From the IMG/VR virus record IMGVR_UViG_3300020214_001677: 64,000 nucleotides of DNA. The stretch is one strand, 5' to 3'. Position 1 is the stretch's first letter. The number at the start of each line of letters is the position of its first letter. Origin of the DNA: an uncultured virus (IMG/VR IMGVR_UViG_3300020214_001677) (lineage: Duplodnaviria; Heunggongvirae; Uroviricota; Caudoviricetes). Below the pieces are notes generated by a model that saw only the letters and a program-made list of their open reading frames with translations, was not told the DNA's origin and ran no database searches. Positions 39,068-47,632 of this stretch are shown piece by piece. A program made the translations under genes and the position numbers.

Positions 39068-39140
39068 TGGGCCGTGTAGGGATCGAACCTACGACCAAGG
39101 CATTATGAGTGCCACGCTCTAACCACTGAGCTAACGGCCC
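39068..39140 (-). tRNA. tRNA-Ile2/Met(CAT); Ile2 favoured
   Basis: GGGCCGT acceptor, GCTC/GAGC D arm, CT-CAT-AA loop, GTTCGAT T loop. Confidence 0.9.
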
Positions 39141-39148
39141 GTATGTCG

Positions 39149-39220
39149 TGAGCCGAGAGGGAATCGAACCCCCGACACTCACCATGTAAAGGTGAGACTC
39201 TGCCACTGAGCTACCGGCCC
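39149..39220 (-). tRNA. tRNA-Val(TAC)
   Basis: TCACC-TT-TAC-AT-GGTGA anticodon arm, GGTTCGATTCC. Confidence 0.9.
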
Positions 39221-39223
39221 CTA

Positions 39224-39592
39224 TCAAAGTTTATCGTAACCATACTTTAAATTGGCGCTGTTTATGCCAGCATCCCGCTTATGTTTAATCTCTCTTCTTC
39301 TTCTAAGAGCCGCAAGTCTATACACGCAATCTATACCACGGTCGGTAATGAAATATCGTTTACCGTCAGCGTGTGAATAGAAGTTCACTAATTTCATTTT
39401 CAACAATCTAGACAGAGCTCTTTCTAAATTGTCTTTCTTTTTATATCTTGCAGCATTTATTGTATAGAGCTCACTAGACGTAGGATCTGTATACGCAGTG
39501 GTTCTACTATACATATAAATGAAATGCAACAATACGTCGCTCATAGAACCGGACTCTATAAAAGGTCTAAGTGCTTTCGACTTCTTCGACAT
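39224..39592 (-). CDS. Winged-helix DNA-binding protein (putative)
   Basis: LERALSRLLKMKLV...RYFITDRG. Confidence 0.55.
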   Translation of the reverse strand: MSKKSKALRPFIESGSMSDVLLHFIYMYSRTTAYTDPTSSELYTINAARYKKKDNLERALSRLLKMKLVNFYSHADGKRYFITDRGIDCVYRLAALRRRREIKHKRDAGINSANLKYGYDKL

Positions 39593-39920
39593 TAGCAGTT
39601 TCCTTGCCTTTGATATAACCATTTACAAGATCTATGATCTTTGTCCATTTAGGATCATACAAATCAGAAAAAGCCGTAAGATCCTTTAAAATCTTTTCTT
39701 TCATTCCTCTTTGGGTCAAATCCCAAACCATTTCAAGAAAGACTTCACTATCTGTCTTCAGATGATGATCCTTTCCGGTAATTGGATTACGAACGGTGAC
39801 ATAATCTGCGTACAGATGAGGAATCATACAGTAACTACTGGAATTTATTGCTGCTTGTACCTTTTGTTCCAAAGTCGTTTTTTCTTCCTTGACGACCTTA
39901 TTCTTTTTCAATGGTGGCAT
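39567..39920 (-). CDS. Hypothetical protein
   Basis: AGGAGG SD before MPPLKK. Confidence 0.6.
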   Translation of the reverse strand: MPPLKKNKVVKEEKTTLEQKVQAAINSSSYCMIPHLYADYVTVRNPITGKDHHLKTDSEVFLEMVWDLTQRGMKEKILKDLTAFSDLYDPKWTKIIDLVNGYIKGKETANVEEVEST

Positions 39921-40008
39921 AAAAATTCCTCCTACTGTTTGTTTAATTAGTTTGAAATGTATGTCACTGCATACTTTTATTTCAAACAAACTTTTTAATG
40001 CTGGACCG

Positions 40009-40081
40009 TGCGCCCTGCGGGGATCGAACCCGCGACCAGCGGATTAAAAGTCCGTTACTCTACCAACTGAGCTAAAGGCGC
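40009..40081 (-). tRNA. tRNA-Lys(TTT)
   Basis: GCGCCTT/AGGGCGC, CT-TTT-AA loop, GGTTCGATCC. Confidence 0.92.
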
Positions 40082-40088
40082 GATCTAA

Positions 40089-40745
40089 TCAGTTGTAGAC
40101 TATCTTGGTTACGGGTGGTGAACCTGTTGAAACAACGACTGCCTTGGTCTTAGAGTCTTTGTTCTTTCGAAAAGCAACACGCGTATTGTCAGCGGCAACT
40201 TTTGCTTGTTCTACCGTACCCAAAGAAACCAACCTAATCTTGGTCTCCAAAGCAATTGAAATTGTATCATCTGTGCTACCAGAAACAGACAAAGTCTTTT
40301 TGGATCTTTGTAGTGTACCTGGTGCAACATGGTTGTTGTCAATGCCGATTTTGCATCCTGCATTGAATGATCTTTGCAATACCTCATAAACCGCGTCGTA
40401 AGATACACCGGCCTTCTGAGCCAAAGATCTGACGGTAAATGCTTTACCGGTTGCAAACAACTGGAATGCATAGGATGCGCCACCGAACTTTGGACGGTAA
40501 CGATAAAGTGCCGCAAGGAACTCTGCAGTACCGCTTAAGTACGTCTCCATTACTTCTGCGACTACCTTGGATTCACTCTTGGCATCATCTTTGCTCTTTG
40601 GCTTTGAACTCCCGTTCAATCTTTTGGGATCAAAAACATAAACCTCAGAACTCTTTGAAGAAACTGAAGAATCATGTTTGCCAATAAGCTTGACAAATTC
40701 TTCAGGAGTTCCTTCAAACTCAATTCCATTAATAATTGCTTTCAT
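40089..40745 (-). CDS. Hypothetical protein with possible HTH
   Basis: TVRSLAQKAGVSYDAVYEVL. Confidence 0.6.
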   Translation of the reverse strand: MKAIINGIEFEGTPEEFVKLIGKHDSSVSSKSSEVYVFDPKRLNGSSKPKSKDDAKSESKVVAEVMETYLSGTAEFLAALYRYRPKFGGASYAFQLFATGKAFTVRSLAQKAGVSYDAVYEVLQRSFNAGCKIGIDNNHVAPGTLQRSKKTLSVSGSTDDTISIALETKIRLVSLGTVEQAKVAADNTRVAFRKNKDSKTKAVVVSTGSPPVTKIVYN

Positions 40746-40776
40746 TTTATATTTCCTTTCTTGATGAGATAAGGCA

Positions 40777-42213
40777 TTATTTTAACTTGAAATAATCAGT
40801 ATACTGACCTACAACACCAGACTTTGAAACAGCAGCAATTCTGCATGAATCAATGTTGGATACTGGTATAGCAACGTAAAAATAATTTAATCTATGACCT
40901 CTATTACGAATAGATCTTGAAACATTGTTTAACCCAGAATATGAACAATCAAATAAGTATGCAGAAAGAAAATCTGTTTTACCAGTATACTTGAAATCAA
41001 GATACAGATAATCTTTTCCGTGTACATCTTTGTATATGCCCAATATCTCAGGAACGGTCAAAACAAACTCAGTGTCTCCTTCAGGAGGAGCCGGCGCAAC
41101 AACCGTTGTAGTTGTAACAGGAGGCTTGATAGTGGTTACTGGCGAACGCAAAACCGTTGTTGTTGTAGTTGTGGGTGCCGTTGTTGTTGTAGTTGTGGGT
41201 GAAGGCATTTGACCGTCACCAAACAAATATCCAAGGTCTATTCTTTTTGTGACGATGGATGTGAAATCATCTATTGCAGGCATTGAACTATCTTTAAAAT
41301 CTTGTGTTACTTTGTCTACAGACTGTACTCCGTACTTGGATCTGTATACTGCGTAAGCACCAGCAACGTGAGGAGCTGCCATGGAAGTACCTGAAGCAGT
41401 TCTGTAAGAACCGCTCAATTCTGAAGAATATATATTATCTCCAGGAGCGGAAAAATCTGTATCTTCATGAACATTAGAAAACTTAGTTACTTCGTCCCTA
41501 TTATAATAGGTTGCAGCTACACTGATAGTGTCGGTTATGCATGCAGGAGAACTCATTCCGTGAGAATAAGCGTTTCCTGCCGATACAACTGTAGCAATAT
41601 TTTTTGACTTAAGTTTAGAGATAATACTTGTAAGATCTGGAATATAGCTATTGCAAGACGATTTAAATACCATCGTCGTGCCAAGAGACATGTTTACTGC
41701 AGCAATGTTGTATTCGGATGATATCGAATCAACCCATTGCAGTGCGGCAATGATATTGCCGTCAAACGTAGATCCGTATCTGTCAAAGATATTTACTGCA
41801 ATTATCTTTGCTTCTGGTGCGACTCCTGACATGCTGTCGTTGGAACCGGCAACGATTCCTGCCACGTGAGTGCCATGCCAGTGAACCGGCTTTGCAGCTC
41901 CCTGTCCAATCATTTTGGTTGTACCATTTGGACAGGCCACTGCAAAACATGCTTCCAACGCCACCTTGTTGGACAAAAATGGAGACTGGGCATCTACGCC
42001 TGAATCTATGACGACCACAAAAGAGCCATTGCCTTTGTGTAGATTCTGGTGAGCCTTGACAGCAGCAATCTGCGACAAACTTCTTGTAAGATTCATTCTG
42101 AACTTAACTGGCCCTAACGCCTGTAATGTATCTGCTCTGACACTTGTTGTGTTCGAGAAAACAAACAAAGGCATTAATGCCAAAACAATAAGTGCAATAA
42201 CAATCTTTTTCAT
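40777..42213 (-). CDS. Secreted subtilisin-family (S8) serine protease with Thr-rich linker
   Basis: Signal peptide; VIDSG, HGTHVAG, SAGN, SGTSMAAPHVAG. Confidence 0.95.
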   Translation of the reverse strand: MKKIVIALIVLALMPLFVFSNTTSVRADTLQALGPVKFRMNLTRSLSQIAAVKAHQNLHKGNGSFVVVIDSGVDAQSPFLSNKVALEACFAVACPNGTTKMIGQGAAKPVHWHGTHVAGIVAGSNDSMSGVAPEAKIIAVNIFDRYGSTFDGNIIAALQWVDSISSEYNIAAVNMSLGTTMVFKSSCNSYIPDLTSIISKLKSKNIATVVSAGNAYSHGMSSPACITDTISVAATYYNRDEVTKFSNVHEDTDFSAPGDNIYSSELSGSYRTASGTSMAAPHVAGAYAVYRSKYGVQSVDKVTQDFKDSSMPAIDDFTSIVTKRIDLGYLFGDGQMPSPTTTTTTAPTTTTTTVLRSPVTTIKPPVTTTTVVAPAPPEGDTEFVLTVPEILGIYKDVHGKDYLYLDFKYTGKTDFLSAYLFDCSYSGLNNVSRSIRNRGHRLNYFYVAIPVSNIDSCRIAAVSKSGVVGQYTDYFKLK

Positions 42214-42250
42214 AATATTCCTTTCATAAATATTATGTGTATAAACCGTG

Positions 42251-42323
42251 CTGGCGAGGCAGGGCTCGAACCTGCGACCCAGGGATTAACAGTCCCTTGC
42301 TCTGCCAACTGAGCTACTCGCCA
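42251..42323 (-). tRNA. tRNA-Asn(GTT)
   Basis: TGGCGAG/CTCGCCA, AGGGA-CT-GTT-AA-TCCCT, GGTTCGAGCC. Confidence 0.92.
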
Positions 42324-42640
42324 ATATCTTCACCTTCAATGGTGTTGGCTGCTCTGCGATAAACAGTTGAACGACGGAGCTTTATGTTCGGTGGACCAAA
42401 TCCAAGTAAAGATCTGTCGTATTCATTCTCGCCAGCCCAGAAACCATGCTCTCTGTTCGAGCGGGCATAGTTTCTGCACTGCTCAAAAACATCGCAGCTA
42501 TTGCATATTTTACGAGCCTTTTCTTCGCGCTTATGAGCAGCTTGTGGACGCTCAGATACATGCCCGAAAAATAAGTGTGTCATGCCTTTGCATGCTGCAC
42601 TTTCTATCCAAGAACAATCTTGATCAAACGTTTCTGGCAT
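42314..42640 (-). CDS. whiB: WhiB-family Fe-S transcription factor
   Basis: W..SAACKG...LFF...ARKICNSCDVFEQCRNYA...GFWAG. Confidence 0.9.
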   Translation of the reverse strand: MPETFDQDCSWIESAACKGMTHLFFGHVSERPQAAHKREEKARKICNSCDVFEQCRNYARSNREHGFWAGENEYDRSLLGFGPPNIKLRRSTVYRRAANTIEGEDIGE

Positions 42641-42661
42641 AACACCTCCCTAACCAATATG

Positions 42662-42747
42662 TGCCCAAGACGGGAATTGAACCCGTACGACTATCTCTAG
42701 TCGAGGGGGTTTAAGCCCCTTGCGTCTGCCTGTTCCGCCACCTGGGC
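42662..42747 (-). tRNA. tRNA-Leu(TAA)
   Basis: GCCCAGG acceptor, AGGGG-CT-TAA-AC-CCCCT, long variable arm. Confidence 0.92.
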
Positions 42748-42753
42748 ATAGAA

Positions 42754-42984
42754 CTATTTGACCAACTCACTTGGATCGTAAAGCTGTTCAGACGAAACCA
42801 AGGGATTGGTCAAGACGTCGTACATGGACTGGTACCAAGTAATCAGATATTCCAATTCTTCAAACCGTTCGTCATCTATAAGCCCAAGAGGTTTCAATTC
42901 CTTGACGGCTTCCAGAAAAACTATAGTATTCTTAATATTCTTATAATCTTCTGCTTCCGAACCAATCATAATACTTAATGACAT
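42754..42984 (-). CDS. Hypothetical protein
   Basis: AAAGGA SD. Confidence 0.55.
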   Translation of the reverse strand: MSLSIMIGSEAEDYKNIKNTIVFLEAVKELKPLGLIDDERFEELEYLITWYQSMYDVLTNPLVSSEQLYDPSELVK

Positions 42985-43151
42985 ATATATCCTTTCTGTA
43001 TAACCTTATTTATTGCCCAAACTTTTTATTTCTCTGTTGACATAACAGGAAACGCAAAGTTTAAGATCAAACTTTTTCTTATAACTTACTTGACTAGAAT
43101 AAACGTTGCAATCATAACATTTCAATTTAGGAGGTGGCGAATATTTGGACT

Positions 43152-43625
43152 TCATACTATCATTTTCTGGTCGTAGTATCTTGATACCTGTTCAACAAGC
43201 TCGTATGGAACAGAATAATCTACTTCATGATTCTGCTGATCAAGAGCACTTGCTGAACCGAATACAAGCACATCACCAGATATCACGTTAGTAGAAAGAA
43301 ATCCAAGCATCGCCAAAGTGCATGATCTGTACAAACACGTTGCAACAAAATTGACGTTATGATGATGAACCGCAAAATCAGTAACAACATACATATGATA
43401 ATATGGGTGCAACGGTATCAACAAAAGCGAAGAAACCTGCTGTTTAAATACCTCCGATTTGATATCACCGGGGGTATTAAAACATATCTTTGGTTCTTTT
43501 GAACCAATTGGTATGTACAAAGACTTTATTCTTCGTTCAGCGTCTTTTTCTACAGACGGAAAATTTTCTGGAGTAATGCTAAAATGGTTTACTAAATATT
43601 TTGAGACATACATAGTGATAACCAT
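43152..43625 (-). CDS. Hypothetical protein
   Basis: ORF following the helicase. Confidence 0.55.
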   Translation of the reverse strand: MVITMYVSKYLVNHFSITPENFPSVEKDAERRIKSLYIPIGSKEPKICFNTPGDIKSEVFKQQVSSLLLIPLHPYYHMYVVTDFAVHHHNVNFVATCLYRSCTLAMLGFLSTNVISGDVLVFGSASALDQQNHEVDYSVPYELVEQVSRYYDQKMIV

Positions 43626-43635
43626 TATAGCATAT

Positions 43636-45324
43636 TTACTTCCATTTCTTATTTGAAGCTATTTTGTTTTCAAGCCATTTAGGTTTGGGATTAGCTTCAT
43701 AGTACTTTGTTATGATGTTGCTTGCAGTACCTTTGGTCATGTCTGCAGTCAAAGGTACGCCAATTCTTTTGAGCAATCTTTTCTGCTTGTCCGTTGGTTC
43801 ATCATGTCTCCAAACAGATTGATTGTCAATTAAATTTACGCTGGAAGATCTATTGTTTATGACCCACTTGTCGCTTCTTGCAAAAGCTTCCCTAATATCA
43901 GCTGGGTATCCTAATACGGTCTCATTAGGAACAGTACTGAATCCAACCTTTTGTATGTGCACAACAGACAATCTTCCAAGAGTGTCTGTGTGTATCTTTA
44001 AAGATTCGTTGTTTCCAATGCCCAATCTGTATTCATCCTGTGCAGTTTCAGCCCAAACAAAAGTTGAATATTGTAATATGAACTGATTAGGTGGTGGCGG
44101 CATGAACAAATCAATTCTCTTGTACGCTAAATCAATGTCCTGTGGTTTAAGCACCCTAACGGCCTCTCCTGGGCAGTAGGCTTCCAGTTCTTTGTATTTG
44201 TTGGCAACATCGACTAAATCTTGACCTTGCAGGTCAAAATCTGGCGGCATGCCCAGCAATGTGGGAAGACCCAAAGGCTTTTTGCCTTTCGTGGTATCGG
44301 CCACGTCTATGATCATGCAATTGTTTTTTCCTTCAAATAGACGGGTTCCACGACCGACTATCTGAGTGTACAACAATGATGATCGTGTTGGTCTAGCCAA
44401 TATAACGACCTCTACAGAAGGCTCGTCAAAGCCCTCGGTTAGTACACCCACATTGACAACTACTTTTATTTTTCCGGAACGAAAATCATTGAAAGTAGAT
44501 TGTCTTTGTTCGTCTGGAGTGTCGCCAAGAACTACTCGTACAGGTGTCCCTTGCCTCGCAAAGGATGCGGCCAAGTCTTTTGCGTGCTGTACTCCAGCGG
44601 CAAATACGAGGGCTTTTTTATCTTTTGCAATCTCCAGATAAGACTTAACAACAAGATTGTTACGGTAAGGATTATTGATAGTATCTTCCAATTGAGACGC
44701 GATATAATCGCCATTTGTTGTCTCCACTTCCGAAATGTCAGTGTCTGTGTTTATTCTATAACCTACTAACCTACAAAGATATCCTTCTTGAATTAAATCA
44801 AGAATATTTTTATAGTAAACTATCTCGTCGAAAACATCTGTCAATCTTACCGAATCACTTCGTTGTGGTGTAGCGGTAACGCCCAAAAGAAGATTGGGAT
44901 CAAAATAATCCAATATTCTTCTGTACGTTGTGGCTGCAGCATGATGTGCTTCGTCCACGACTATAGTCTTAAAATAATTTTTAGAAAATTTATTTATTCT
45001 GTTAGAATCTGACCTACCAAGAGTTTGCACAGAAGCAACTACAACGTCACAGAGTTCTGCAATTTGTTCTGCTTTTTCTGTTTGAACATCCAGATCAGGA
45101 TTGGACCATAAAATTTTGTCCTTGGCCTGTTCTAGAAGTTCACCTCTGTGGGCAAGAACGAGCATCGGTAAAGCATCGGGTATAGTTTGGGGTAGATGAC
45201 TAAATACAACTGTTTTACCTGAACCAGTCGGAAGAACTATCAGCTGTCTAAAAATATTCTTGTCAATATTATTGACTATTGCATCTAGCGCTTCCTGTTG
45301 ATATGGTCTAAGTTGTATAGTCAC
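43636..45324 (-). CDS. SF2 DEAH helicase (ResIII/Irc3-like)
   Basis: LRPYQ, PTGSGKT, DEAHH, TAT, TEGFD, QIVGRGTR. Confidence 0.95.
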   Translation of the reverse strand: MTIQLRPYQQEALDAIVNNIDKNIFRQLIVLPTGSGKTVVFSHLPQTIPDALPMLVLAHRGELLEQAKDKILWSNPDLDVQTEKAEQIAELCDVVVASVQTLGRSDSNRINKFSKNYFKTIVVDEAHHAAATTYRRILDYFDPNLLLGVTATPQRSDSVRLTDVFDEIVYYKNILDLIQEGYLCRLVGYRINTDTDISEVETTNGDYIASQLEDTINNPYRNNLVVKSYLEIAKDKKALVFAAGVQHAKDLAASFARQGTPVRVVLGDTPDEQRQSTFNDFRSGKIKVVVNVGVLTEGFDEPSVEVVILARPTRSSLLYTQIVGRGTRLFEGKNNCMIIDVADTTKGKKPLGLPTLLGMPPDFDLQGQDLVDVANKYKELEAYCPGEAVRVLKPQDIDLAYKRIDLFMPPPPNQFILQYSTFVWAETAQDEYRLGIGNNESLKIHTDTLGRLSVVHIQKVGFSTVPNETVLGYPADIREAFARSDKWVINNRSSSVNLIDNQSVWRHDEPTDKQKRLLKRIGVPLTADMTKGTASNIITKYYEANPKPKWLENKIASNKKWK

Positions 45325-45497
45325 AACTCTCCTAACTATATGACTCTTGATATTCGTACGACACAGACTCGGTCATCATGTCTTCTACTTGTTCGTCAGA
45401 AACAGTGTCGATCTTAACATAATAAACTACGGTTTTGTCTTTTAATGTTATATATTCTTTTTCTGTTTTTATATTTTGTTTGTTTTTTTGCATATTT

Positions 45498-46103
45498 TTA
45501 TTTACTCTTACTGTAATCAATATACGTTATATTCATATTCTTAAATGATCTAAACTGATAATGCATTGATGTATAGTACGATAACAAATCATTTATACTG
45601 AACGGAGGTTTATCAAGATGTGTATAAGCATAAAGCAATTCTATCATCTCCTGAGTAACTCCGTCGTGATCCTTTAGATCTATCTCCTTTGAATTTTGTT
45701 GGGCAATATCCCAAACTACTTCTTTGCCGTTCAAAGTGTAAGGAAGAAAGACTACGCCGGCCGATTTGTCACCCACAAAATAACAATGCAAACAATTGTT
45801 AACATTTTTAGAGTCTTTAGATTTATACGTAGAGTCAAGCACAAGCACACATGCTTCTGCGTGCACAGCACTGTAAGAATACATCATCTCTGCAATGCAA
45901 GACTTGAAATCCGTTTCATCTACATAAGATCTGGCCACAATACCAAAAATCTTGTCTCCAAAGAAATCGAAAAATACCAATCTAGGGCGATAAGCAGCAT
46001 TGTTAGTTAGCTTAACGTGGTCACTAAAAGAACTAGTGATATTTTTTATTTCTTCTTCTGGACTATTCACATAGTCTTGTAAAGAAGGATACTTAATCGC
46101 CAT
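45498..46103 (-). CDS. Hypothetical protein
   Basis: 201-aa ORF. Confidence 0.6.
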   Translation of the reverse strand: MAIKYPSLQDYVNSPEEEIKNITSSFSDHVKLTNNAAYRPRLVFFDFFGDKIFGIVARSYVDETDFKSCIAEMMYSYSAVHAEACVLVLDSTYKSKDSKNVNNCLHCYFVGDKSAGVVFLPYTLNGKEVVWDIAQQNSKEIDLKDHDGVTQEMIELLYAYTHLDKPPFSINDLLSYYTSMHYQFRSFKNMNITYIDYSKSK

Positions 46104-46111
46104 AATATTTT

Positions 46112-46492
46112 CTACAATCCTTTGATTATACTATTGAATACGACAGAATCTTTGAGCATGTCAAAGAAAGCATAAGTAATATAAACATACAAGGCTGTCC
46201 ACAATGCAGCAGTAACTACTGCACCGGAAGACAACAATACCAAGAACGTCAATGCATAGGCGATGCTTTCTACTACCCATGTAGCAACAAGAACGCCTGT
46301 TTTTGACTCTGTTCTTTTCATGTAGTTTACGGTCTTTTTGGTGTATTTACCAATCTTATAAACTATTCCCTTACGTGACTCAGGATGATAGTCAATAATA
46401 GTTGGCTCAACTCTAGGTGAAGAAATTAAAGTCCGCAAAACGTCCAACATTTTGTCAACGTCGGATGTTTTGGTGTATACTGTAGTCGTCAC
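46112..46492 (-). CDS. Membrane protein (two C-terminal TM helices)
   Basis: GTG at 46492 with AAGGAG SD; the longer track ORF starts inside the repeat array. Confidence 0.55.
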   Translation of the reverse strand: MTTTVYTKTSDVDKMLDVLRTLISSPRVEPTIIDYHPESRKGIVYKIGKYTKKTVNYMKRTESKTGVLVATWVVESIAYALTFLVLLSSGAVVTAALWTALYVYITYAFFDMLKDSVVFNSIIKGL

Positions 46493-46519
46493 TTTGTGAC
46501 TCCTTTGTGGTTGGTAGGG

Positions 46520-46552
46520 TCGGAATGGGTGGTATGGGTCCACTCGTTCCGA
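46520..46552. terminator. 13-bp stem-loop at the distal end of the guide array
   Basis: tcggaatgggtgg / ccactcgttccga; followed by T-rich sequence on the + strand. Confidence 0.45.
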
Positions 46553-46567
46553 TCCTTTTATTTGAAA

Positions 46568-47021
46568 TGGTTCATTTTTCGTACGTGTTACAATCAAAGG
46601 TGTTGATTCACTCGCCAGATATGTTACAATCTCATCAGCTTTGATTCATTTCAGTGAAGTGTTACAAATCTCGCTCGGTGATTCATTCGGTCGTGATGTT
46701 GCAAATCGACTGCATTGATTCATTTCTACCTAATGATACATGTTTCGATGTGCGATTCATTCAGATGGTTTGCTACGAATTCATCCTGATGATTCATTCC
46801 CAGTAATTGTTACAAATCAATGACTATAATTCATTCGTGCATCATGTTCAAAATCGTTGTTAGTGATTCATTCGTCGATATTGTTATAAATCTAGTTCGT
46901 TGATTCATTCGCTTTACATGTTACCATTAAATGTTTGTGATTCATTCCTCAGACATGATACTAATCCCAAATGATGATTCATTCATGGTCCTTGTTACAA
47001 ATTGAAATCAATGATTCACTC
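46568..47021 (-). ncRNA. TIGR-like dual-repeat guide-RNA array: 12 units, 37-nt period
   Basis: 13 copies of repeat 1 (+ strand tgattcattc consensus at 46568, 46604, 46642, 46679, 46716, 46753, 46790, 46827, 46864, 46901, 46938, 46975, 47012) alternate with 12 copies of repeat 2 (tgttacaaatc consensus), separated by unique spacers of about 8-9 nt. Confidence 0.85.
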
Positions 47022-47059
47022 TGGTGAACGGCACTCTCTTCAGGCTACGGTTAAAAATA

Positions 47060-47593
47060 TTATTCAAATAACGGGTATTGAATCTTGATCTGCTGATACC
47101 GCTGGGTCTCAATATTGGACACATTCCAAAGGTTGATAGCCCAACGTTGCGGATCTACGTTCTCAACCCAATGAACATTTTTACTGTTGAAAGAAAATAC
47201 CTCTCCTCCAACAAGATCGATCTTCTCGACCTGTTCTTTTTCCCCCATGCACCAAGTAACTCTACCCAAGTTAATACTTATTGCATGGGCGCACAAAGCT
47301 GATGCATCTCTATGTGGGCCTATCTGACCACCCTTTGACACCAAACCAAAGTCAGGGCTGAACTTATAAGGTCGACATATCGACTGTATATAAGTCCATA
47401 TTCTTTGGTCTCTATGTCCGGGTAACCATGGTCTAGATGCAGTAAGAGGCGCTTCGTACTGAAGCCACAATCTTCTGCGTCCAGGCGCATATCTAGATAC
47501 ATCGGTAACCAATAGTGGATCAAGATGTTCGTCGAAATAACTTACGATTGTACTCACTACATCAGGATGTATTTTCGTTAACATTTGTGTCAT
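47060..47593 (-). CDS. 2OG-Fe(II) dioxygenase (AlkB/TET-like DSBH fold)
   Basis: IGPHRDA (HxD), ISINLG, FSFNSKNVHWV (distal His), RWAINLW (2OG-binding Arg). Confidence 0.75.
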   Translation of the reverse strand: MTQMLTKIHPDVVSTIVSYFDEHLDPLLVTDVSRYAPGRRRLWLQYEAPLTASRPWLPGHRDQRIWTYIQSICRPYKFSPDFGLVSKGGQIGPHRDASALCAHAISINLGRVTWCMGEKEQVEKIDLVGGEVFSFNSKNVHWVENVDPQRWAINLWNVSNIETQRYQQIKIQYPLFE

Positions 47594-47632
47594 ATTATCC
47601 TCCGGTATTTTGGGTCAAAATAAAGAAGTTAT

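Noticed and set aside
46493..46597. N-terminal extension of ORF 46112..46597
   Set aside because: It starts inside the last array unit and crosses a hairpin; GTG at 46492 has a clear AAGGAG SD.
46568..47021. CRISPR array
   Set aside because: Repeats are only 10-11 nt, of two alternating types, with spacers of about 8-9 nt, and no cas gene is present; this fits a TIGR-type array.
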